Source: Octopus vulgaris
Lineage: Eukaryota
Assembly: GCA_951406725.2 (NCBI GenBank)
Contig: OX597814.1
Coordinates: forward strand, 57,722,001-57,786,000
Direction: 5' to 3'
DNA length: 64,000 nucleotides
A program made the position numbers and the translations under genes. Under the pieces are notes generated by a model that was not told where the DNA came from, made no database searches, and saw only the letters and a list, made by a program, of their open reading frames with translations. Positions 53,840 through 64,000 of the stretch are shown one piece after another; the first letter of the stretch is position 1, and each line of letters starts with the position of its first letter.

Positions 53840-54726
53840 CTGAAAGTAAAGGGACGTAACTAATTGGAGGAGGAGATTAATCGATATCATCGATCCAGTA
53901 CTTGACTGGTAATTTATTTATTGGCCCCGAAAAAATGAGAGGCTAATTTCACAGCGGGGAAATTTGAACTCACAGCACTAACCGGGAAGAAATTCCACTA
54001 AGCATTATGCCGGAATTTCTACCGATTCTGCCAAATCCCCCCCTATTACTAATGGTTTCTTACTTAGCACAGGCAAGGATTATTTTTTGAAGGAATGGGA
54101 ATAGTCTCGAGATTATACCATTGCGAATGAAGAAAGGCACAATTAATCTTTCGTAAGTCGAGCTTAGAACACAACGTAATTAAAAGCCGCTAGTTCTTTT
54201 GTTCGATACCTAACCAGTTTGCTACTCTGTATTGCTCTGCAATAGTTTTAGGAAAAAAAGCCATAATTTATTCGACAGAGAACCATCGACGCATATTAAA
54301 ATATTTGTAATTAACTAAAAATGGGGTTACATCTAAACTATTAAAGATGATTTGTCCATCCAACCATCTTTTCTCTGATATTGCTGATTGACTGAGATAA
54401 GGTGACAGTGGAGTTATGACGGTATGATGGTGATTGTAATGTTGTTAGTGACAATTAAATACAAACAATGCAACAATAGCAAAAACAAAGAAGAAAAACA
54501 ACCCAAGATAAAATTAATGACGAAGAAAAGGCAAAAGGAGCAATTAATGAATTATGTTTGGAGAAAAATACAAACTTTATGTGCAATAATTCAATAATAT
54601 CGTGTTAGAATCCAACTGATCTCTCATCTGCAGTCATAACAAAGTTCAAACAAAGCCATGAATACTAAATAAAATGCCATAATTCATTAAATACTTGTTG
54701 CATTTATACACTTTTACACGACTCAC

Positions 54727-54840
54727 CATCTGTTTGTGGAGTGTACAGAAGTAGACATTTTATTGTGACTATATATTTTGGTTCAGTTTTCAAAGATGAG
54801 ATTAATTATTTACTTGTGAAATTTCAGCTATGCGTTATCT
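54727..54840 (-). other. Candidate exon (114 nt), probably UTR
   Basis: ccttttcttcag acceptor and atg|gtgagt donor. Confidence 0.3.
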
Positions 54841-55207
54841 CTGAAGAAAAGGTTATTTACTCAAGTATAACATTTCTTTTGTGATAAACTTATTTGAAAT
54901 CATTGATTGCCTCTAAAGTGGGAACATTGCAAGATTTAAGATGTTACAACCATCATTTTGTATTTTTAGACAAAAGACGACGGAATACAGAATCCGCAGT
55001 GTCGAACAAATGTCCTGCGGTATATAGTGTTATCCATTTATAATCTAAGGTTGACTTGGCTTTTTTATAAAAAGGAGGTTGATAAAATAATGTATAAGTA
55101 GCAGAGTGAATTAAATACTGGGTCTGAATATACGCCTTCATTATAATGTGGCACCTTAAGTCTGCGTTAAAAGTCTGTATAAGTCGTAATATCAATATTC
55201 GTAGAAC

Positions 55208-55415
55208 AGAAGGCAGAACTGATAGCACGGTGGGCAAAATGCTTTATGAAATTTCGTCCGTCTTTACGTTCTGGGTTCAGATTTCACCGAGGTCGACTCT
55301 TCATTTCATCATTTCGGGGTCGATAAAATAAGTACCATTTGAACACTTAAGTCGATGTAATTGACTTATCCCCTCCCCTGGACTTGCTGGCTTAGTTTCA
55401 AACTTTGAAACTAAT
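55208..55415 (+). mobile_element. tRNA/CORE-type SINE, degenerate
   Basis: ggcagaac...ttacgttctgggttcag...ccgaggtcgac...ggggtcgataaaataagtacc. Confidence 0.75.
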
Positions 55416-55732
55416 ATTCGTGGAACAATGATATAAGTAAATGAATTGACATGTGTTTATTAAGATGTCTAATATTTCAGTGGTCCTGAAAAAAACATTG
55501 CAACTAGATTTGAATGCGATGACTAAATGTCTCACTATACTTAAAACTACAAAGCAGTATATTTTGGTCAAAAAAATCCTCGGCTTATAGTGTAACCAAA
55601 CTAATTATTATGAAACAAATTTGAAACTGTAATACATATATAATATCTGTGTGATCCGCATGTCACTTTCAGTGGCATTAGCGAAGCACTTTGAACGATT
55701 TCTTTGCTGCTTAGATTGCGTAATTTATTAGA

Positions 55733-55803
55733 TCCATCCATCCATCCATCCATCCATCCATCCATCCATCCATCCATCCATCCATCCATCCATCCATCCA
55801 TCC

Positions 55804-55897
<94 letters not shown>
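55733..55897. repeat. (ATCC)n to (ATCT)n compound microsatellite
   Basis: Directly visible. Confidence 0.95.
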
Positions 55898-55899
<2 letters not shown>

Positions 55900-58800
55900 C
55901 ACTATCTATCGATCTATGAAAATATCGTTCAAAAGTTTCTAATCTCATCTGAAGCACGTCTTATTTGTGAAGAAATCTTTAGCCACATCATTTAAGGTAG
56001 TAAAAAGAGAGCTGGCTCTTGCTGTACTATCTCTCATAAAATTCTTTCGTATCGATTTTACATAAACTGATATCATATATCTGATGTTTCTGATACCGTT
56101 AAAATCTCTTGGCACAATTTAGTTCTTGTACAACTACTTGCTCCCCATCTGCTTTAACGTAATAACATTTTTTGAGATGTTTTTGCTGAACTCTTTTTCA
56201 ATTTTTAGGAATCCATAAATTCTCCCTTGAAGGCGATCATCGTCATATGAAGCAAAATAACGTTTTATATCTCCTGTGAAAAATTTTTAAAAACAGTTGC
56301 GCAATATTGATGAGAAAGTGAAATGTGGTTGTTGATAATTTTTCTGTCGTAACTGTGTGTCATAGATGTTGTTAGACGTTTCTTATGTTTAGTTTATTTG
56401 CTTTTGTTTCTTCCTGTTTATCTGCTTTTAGCTACTACTAATTCGGCTGCAGAGCTAGAAAATGAGCCATCCGTGAAGCGACAGATAATTCTTTGATTAG
56501 GTACCCTCCATTGCCGACAGGAATGGTGATAAGTGAACATCATTTGCTATTTTATTTCTGCTAGTTTAAAACTAACTGTAGCTCTATGGAAAATACGCAT
56601 AATGTTTCGATTTCTTTTCTCCACTAGTATATCACCTTTTGCTGTTTATAATTTTATTACTGACCACCTATGTTGGATAAGCATTGAGTACTTCACTAGT
56701 TTTCTGACATGAATTATTCACGTACGTTACAAGGGAAATAGTGCATCTACATATTTAATATGAGAAAAGTACATGTAAAAGCTAATTTCCAAATTCAACT
56801 TTACGGTTGTTATAATTAAAAATAAGCTACTGATTTTCTGCTATTTTTGTGATACAATTCCTAGCTAAATTCTTTTTGATACTGCGCCTAAAAATTACTT
56901 TAGGTATCTGACCAACCAACAACGGAGCAAACAACATCAGCCGGCGATGCAGTTTCAGTGCTTGACTAAAAATATTTCCCTTTCAATACATCCATTTCAA
57001 CTGAGCAAGGCACGGGCTTCATACAATGTTGTTCACATCTTTAAATTTGTTTCATTGTCCCCGAGGGAAAATCGATAAAATGCTGAAGATTAATCAACCG
57101 ACTATATCTCTCTAAAAGTCGACATCTGTATTAAATTAGTGAGAATCCTGTAGGCATTCAACACAGAATAAAATAAAATCAATCTATATTTTCATAGTTT
57201 ATATGACTTATGCTTCAGGTAAAACAACCACGAAATAGAGATATTTTGAATGCCGATTGTAACAAGAATAATTATTAAAGTATCTGCATAATGAAAGTAT
57301 CAAATTTAACAAAGTAAATATCAATTTACGATAAAAAAATCTTCACAAAAGCAGAATATTAAAAAAATATATATATAAATATGACAGGTAGTATTAAACT
57401 AAAAGCATTCGAATGCTAGAAGCATCTAAAATATTGTACTTCTAGTAACAGCATCGTTATGATTACCTGCAGGAATGAAGTTATTCAAAAGCAGACTATT
57501 AATAGAAAAATGTGTTATGCGAAGTAGGTTGTTCATATTGATCAATATACGGTTGCGTTCACTATATTACAAACCAATACTTGTGTTCCTGACCACTAAG
57601 CGTATCGCAGAGATGAAAATTTTCCTCAATACATTGCAAAAAATGAACAAATAAATACAAAAAACGTAAAACAAATTATATAAATGAAGAGAAAAAGTGT
57701 AAAATATAAATATAAAAATATAATCAGATGGAATTTTACAACACGACTTTGTGAGATAGTATTTCTAGCTTATACTTTTAGGTAGAGACTAGTGAGTTAG
57801 ATAAACAGAACATAAAAGGAAACAAACCAGACGAGACGTTTTACAGTATCTAGTTAATGGTTATATTTTTTATCGAGCTTTCTGTTATATAATCCTACTG
57901 GAGTTGGCTTCGCATTCCATGTCAGATGACAAGCCTTAAATATGAACAAATAGCAGACGACATAATCCAATATATGTTATGTTACACATCACAAGCACAA
58001 ATTGAGACGAAATAGAAAGATATCCTCTGACAATCCTGAAACCTTGAATCTAACAGATAACTGCTTTTGAAATATGTTCTGGGTGATTTTGCCAACCCCT
58101 ATATCTCAAGTTACGTACTTAAATCTAAATATTTTGTTCTAAAGTATTTATTAAATATGCTATAGCCTATAAAGATTTATTGAAAATTCATCCACCCGCT
58201 TAATGGTGTTTGTTTACTTCATGAGTTGTGTTTGTTTACTTCATGAGAAGCTGAACAAAGGCGCATCATTGTTAATGACAAATTACTATTTTACATAGTC
58301 ATGAAATTACAGATGATAAATACTTCACTAAATTCACATGTACGTCAATATATTCAAATATACACTGGAACTCCTTAACGACGCCAGCATTCTCAAAATC
58401 CTCATCGCATCGGTTAAACGATCAGTCGCAGAACATAAAAGCACCTACTATACTCTCAACAATGCCGAAATAAAAATCATGATGATTAATGAATAACACG
58501 AACGTCGCATCATTGTTTTGTAGAAAGGAAGTGGATACTTGGGGAGTATGTGTGAAACTCGCAGAACCTATGACTCATCCCAGAACCCTCTCAAATTCTG
58601 TAATTGCCAAAATGATTATCATTTGCAGCTACAGTAGATCCACCCAAGAATATACCAAAAAAATGCTGAAAAATCAGTTTCAAATAATAATTAACCTTTC
58701 ATTTCATGGTAGAGTATTGATTCAACCAAGTTCCATGATTCAAAGAAGTAACCGTTTCATGTTTGACATGTTTATCAAAACCCAAGTAGAAAGGCTATAT

Positions 58801-60199
58801 TTTCTGTGATGAAACCAAGATGAGTTAAGGCAGGGAAGTATGCTCACATTCAAGATTTCATCACTTCTCATGTTGACATAAGAATTATATCCAACTAGTT
58901 AGACTATTGTTCAGCTTTAGAAGATACCTTTGTTATACGTATAAACAAACTCATGATACAATGGCTTATGTAAGAAAACATGGCCGGCTGGATTATTTCA
59001 TTAGATCCATTTGTAACTCGAAATGGATAGAAATCTTCCATGAGCTTTTTCGATATTATATGTTGTACGTTCGATATGATCTTCTTGATCTCTGTAACGG
59101 AAAAAAAGAACAAACAAAAACATAAATAAAATGTTATTGACTATTAGCAGACGGAAGAATATGTGGTGGCTGGTAACACCTTATTGAATGTCAAAAAGAT
59201 AACGTCTCTATTCTAACACACTGCATTAATGTAAATATAAGACATCATAACAACATTTCAGTTGAGGGTTTTGATAAGCTTGACTATTCCCTGCTCTTTG
59301 AAGCCGCCAAACTCAATAACTTTGATCCACGCGAGCCCATCACTCCAGCTTCAATCTGAATGCAAGATGAAATGTACATTCTCCGCCCCACAAATATCCA
59401 TCATCTCTTATTTAGGGGTCGGAGGTACTCAGACCAACAAGGTTAGTTAACCGCTATTACAGGTGTATGCTCGACAACGCAGTTTGAGGTATGAAGTCAA
59501 CTATGGACAATAAATAAGTAGTATCTCACAACAGATTGTTGTGGAAGCATGACCCTTTAAATGTTGATTATTTCCCTTAGGTTAAAGAAAATCTATATGC
59601 CACAAATTATATTAATAAGGGCAGTACCATTGTTATCTTAGCCATTGCCAGGGTGCTCAATTAGGTGGGCTTGATAGATTCAAGTAATATTTATATGGGC
59701 CAGAACATCTCTTGCAACGAAGCAGCCTGGAAAAATCTTTGAAGCTGAGATCCATCAATACTTTTCAACAGTGGTCTCACTGGTAGTTCTCGAAAATGAG
59801 CGGAAAATGACTTTCATTGAACCCATAACTCATCAGTTGTCACAAACTCTACCTAAATCTGTAATTGCTGGTAATTGTCTACAAAGCTTAATGTCTTATT
59901 TGGGAAGAGTTCGGAGATTAATAGTTACCAAACAAAAGTTAGATGATTCTAAAACATTAGGGTAGCTTTAAAAATCTATCCTCTGCTCACAATTCATAAA
60001 ATAATAGTCCGGTTATTTCCGGTTAATCTCGCTTTTAAATGCTATTTGTCAAGTACCTGTGTGTGTGCGCGTGTGCGTGCCTTGTGCGCACGCGTGTGAG
60101 TGCATAAGAGAGAGAAAGGATATATATACAAGTGTATATAGAAATATATATATATACATATACAAACATACATATTTGTATGAGATATTTATACACACA

Positions 60200-60230
<31 letters not shown>

Positions 60231-60243
60231 CACACATAAATAT

Positions 60244-60472
60244 ATTTCTTTACTACCCACAAGGGGCTAAACAGAGAGGACAAACAAGGACAGACAAACC
60301 GATTAAGTCGATTACATCGACCCCAGTGCGTACCTGGTACTTAATTTATCGACCCCGAAAGGATGAAAGGCAAAGTCGACCTCGGCGGAATTTGAACTCG
60401 GAACGTAACGACCGACGAAATGCGGCTACGCATTTCGCCCGGCGTGCTAACGTTTCTGCCAGGTCGCCGCCC
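60244..60472 (-). mobile_element. tRNA/CORE-type SINE, full length, young
   Basis: Minus strand: ggcggcgacctggcagaaacgttagcacgccgggcgaaatg...gagttcaaattccgccgaggtcgac...ccccttgtgggtagtaaagaaat. Confidence 0.85.
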
Positions 60473-62102
60473 TAAATATACACACATAAATAGCTTCTTT
60501 CACCCCACATAGATAGATGCACATTTACATACACACGCACGCACTCCCCCTCCCGCCCTTCTGAGCCTTTAATCCAGTCACCATGGTGTCGAGAAAGTTT
60601 ATTGGAATGCTAAAATCTTTGTAGGGCTAGTTGAGGAAGGAGGATGTGGAGTGATTATAGTAGACTGACATGCACTGATAAACTGACACGCCAGTCTAAC
60701 CAAATCAATGTTATCAATATAGAATATTGCCTTTCTATCATATAAACGACGACATTAATTTTATGCTGAGTTGTAGCAGTTCCTACTACTGTGAATATGG
60801 ATAAAAGATGGCACCGTACAGCGTATAACCTATGCAACAGTTTTTGCTGGGTCTTTTATGTAGGCTTTCGTTTTAGCTTTTATATTTTTGGGGGTTTATT
60901 TCTTCTATTTTGTATTTGTGTCAGGATAAATGCGAGATTCTATGTTGTGAGCAAGTTACAAGCAATCTGTGAGTTAAAGAGAAAACCTGCAACATAGCAA
61001 CGTCCCAAAATGGCTCTCTCTAGCTCAGTAATGCATTCGCATGGCGTATGTTTAGCGGTGTATGCGCAAAATGAATTGCGAGTCGGAGTATGGACTGTCT
61101 CTAACAATATTACAATAATTTTATCAATTTGAAAAAAAAAGTGACCAAATATCTTCAACAGAAAACGTTTGTAGAGTTGAAACTTTGATGGCTGACATGA
61201 CGTAATTAAACCTATAAGAACTTTACAGGTTGAATCATAAAATATCAAGCAATTTGATTCAGTTAATAAGAATAATAATTTAGAAGTAAGAGCAGACATG
61301 TTGGCAGAAATTCTTTGAAGTATTTAATTGTATTTTTTTATGCCATAATTTCAAATACTGCAAAAGATAAATTCTTCTTTCATTCTCGCCGGATTTATTA
61401 AAATAAATACGTATATAACACGGTAGTCGGAGTCACTGCAATACGCTATATGCTTTATATAATTTTGTGTGAATACCAAGTCAAAAGAGAGTAAATCTAG
61501 TTCATTTTAGTATTTTATATAACGACAGAAGAGACTGGTCATTTGCAGTTAACATTTTGACGCTTGCTTTTCTTATTGCCACAGAATGGTTCTTCACTAA
61601 TAGAAAAGGTGGATTGTCCGTACACATGCCTTGCAGTATTAAGTTGCAACCCTTTACGTTCTGAGATTGACTTTGCTTTATCTCCCTTCTGGGTTCGATA
61701 AAATAAATGCAAGTCAAATATCTGGGATAAATTAAACCGAATATATTACCCCCCAAAATCTCTGTTCAAGTGGTTATCATAAAATTCATTATTGCTGCTG
61801 GAGGACGATGGATTTGTGGAACCGATAAACTCTGGTAAAATATCTTCCAGTGTTTAGTTCGGTTTCTTTACTCTCCATTCTCAAATCCCGGTGCGCTTAT
61901 CGTTGCTATTCATTGTTCTGAGAGTCAATAGTATAGTCTCAGTAATGAAGTAGAATTAACTTAATCGACTGGATTTACCGTTTCAAAAATATGTGGTTTG
62001 TACCTATTTTAGAGATCTTTGTCATTCTTAATTACTTCTAACTGTTGACAAACGAGCAGTCTAGGAAAAAATAGAGTTACATCTATTGCTATAGAGCTAC
62101 TG

Positions 62103-62306
62103 TCAGTTGGATATTATCTGGCCATGGACAGTTTTAAACTCGAAGACAGTTAACAGTCATTGTTCATCATTTCAGAATAATGCACAATATTTTACTATAG
62201 AGCAATATAGTCAGTTGGATATTATCTGGCCATGGACAGTTTTAAACTCGAAGACAGTTAACAGTCATTGTTCATCATTTCAGAATAATGCACAATATTT
62301 TACTAT
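62103..62306. repeat. Tandem duplication, period 108 bp
   Basis: tcagttggatattatctgg...caatattttactat at 62103 and 62211, identical. Confidence 0.95.
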
Positions 62307-63259
62307 TTCCCCGACGAACCAAGTACTATTAAATGCTTAGATGAATATTTCAGAATGTTTAATATTCTATACCCACTGTTTTATGATAAAATCAATAACA
62401 CTGTGTCGAAATTTAGTCTCTTAGGGAAACAGTACGCATGACACGACTACTGTAGCACTACTTGCAATTAATAATGCGATTCATATTAACACGTGAAATC
62501 TCTTGAATATTTGTGATGGATAACGAAAGTAACAAATTTTGAAATATATGTTAAACAGTAGAATATACAAAACGAGAAGGTGTTTTGTGACGTTGAGCTC
62601 TTACATGGAAGATCAGAATACCCCAGTGGGGTTTGATCACGGCAGTAATCCATTGTCTTACGACAGAAATCTAAGTAACTAACCCTAAAGAACATTGGCA
62701 TCTCTAATTCCCTATCTGGAAAAATTATCATGAATCATTCATTTCTTCTAGCGAAATAAATATACCTTCTTGCTAGTCTATTTGGCAAAAAGATAGATCA
62801 CTTTATCGCTTTCGCTACTCCTTCTAGCACTGTTTCTTCCATATCTCTCTTCTCTTCACCCATCCCACTGTTTCTCCATCATACGCTTCTTTCTCCTTCC
62901 CACTCTATTTTATTTCCAGCAATCGTTCGGTCTTCTCTTCATTTGGTTTGTCACTTTGCTCTAAACAGAGGCCACGTAAAGTAGTGAGGACTCTTTCGTT
63001 TCGTGGATTACAAGTGTGCTGGTTTCACGATACACTGTTTCCCGCATTATAAGGCAAATCAGCCTTCTCTCAATAAATAAAAGTATATTAATTCAAAACC
63101 AGTTCTTTTCCGACTGACTGTTGGCACCACCTATCTGCGCACATTCTGTTAAAATAAGTCGGATCTACGCAGACGAAAACAAACGGCGACCATTACCGTG
63201 TGGAAACAACATTTCTGCTGTCACAAATTATTGGGCAGGTGCCCAATTTAAGTGTGATT

Positions 63260-64000
63260 ATGGGTTAGAAACGTGATCTCCCTTCGAATGAAAAAAACAT
63301 AGTATTTTTGATATTTCTAAATACTGAGAAGAGATTACCGAACATTGAAGATATTTGCGCAGTGTCATATTTCTGTCCGGTCGAGGGCAGATAAGAGTAA
63401 TTTGAGGGTTGCTTCGACTAGTACTTTGTCACGTGTGAAAAGGGAAGTTGCGCGGAACCCATGTCCTACAAGTAGAGAAGTCTTCTAACGTGGCAGGGAA
63501 GACATATCGAAAGCTACCAGGTGTCACCTCTTGAAGCAGGTAGTCAGGAATGTTAAATCTGTTACAAATACCTTCTGAATGTTGTTCATAAGCATAAGGG
63601 ACTGAAATGGACAGAGGAATATATGAAGATCGGTTATTTCAAGAGTTCTATTCACTGACGAATTCCGTGCTACCCTTGATGGACCAGATGTTTGGTGTAA
63701 AGGTTGGGTGTCAATCAGTGTGAACCATCCTTATTATTTGAGACGCCAACAAGAGGGAGGTGGGGCTCATGTTTTGGGATGACATCGTTGGAGGTATGGT
63801 GGTCGGGCCGTGGAAAGCCCCAGATGATATTAAGATGGCATCAAAAACATGTTACCTTCTTAAAGGAAATTTCCAACCGTGGTTCAAAAAGCAAAAATTT
63901 TCATTCAAGAGAAAGTTGGTCTTCATGCAAGATAATGCCTCGTCTCATGCAGCGAAGAATTCTAAGGAAACCTGCATCAAATAGGCTTCTTTGGGGGTCG
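63260..64000 (+). mobile_element. Tc1-family (TRT/DD37E-like) transposase pseudogene, running off the window
   Basis: VLFTDEFRATLDGPDVW..GW, RRQQEGG.GLMFW, VGPW, FMQDNASSHAAK; frameshifts and stops. Confidence 0.85.

Noticed and set aside
58480-59960. Coding-like composition, possible TE or pseudogene relic
   Set aside because: Could not assign any motif in the frames I read; needs BLASTx

Overview
AT-rich, microsatellite-dense animal genomic DNA, probably intronic or intergenic. The tRNA-derived SINE families resemble those of Octopus/coleoid cephalopods (inference from recalled sequence). No intact host protein-coding gene is recognisable, and most ORFs in the track are translated microsatellites. 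The window holds a near-intact CR1-like LINE ORF2 whose only frameshift falls in a (CA)n tract, relics of Penelope-like (PLE), RTE, Helitron, Tc1/mariner, pogo and hAT elements, many SINEs, and a ~2 kb-arm inverted duplication at 44.75-50.47 kb. The most striking signal is a set of at least six unrelated non-coding elements, with 355-474 bp units where measurable. Each carries a minimal type I hammerhead ribozyme fold with a self-complementary stem III, occurs as partial tandem or inverted copies, and has its 3' end (ribozyme-sense) against a TA tract. They look like (TA)n-targeting retrozyme-like or non-autonomous PLE elements, and PLE GIY-YIG relics in the same TA context are the candidate mobilisers. 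All folds were paired by eye and no searches were run.
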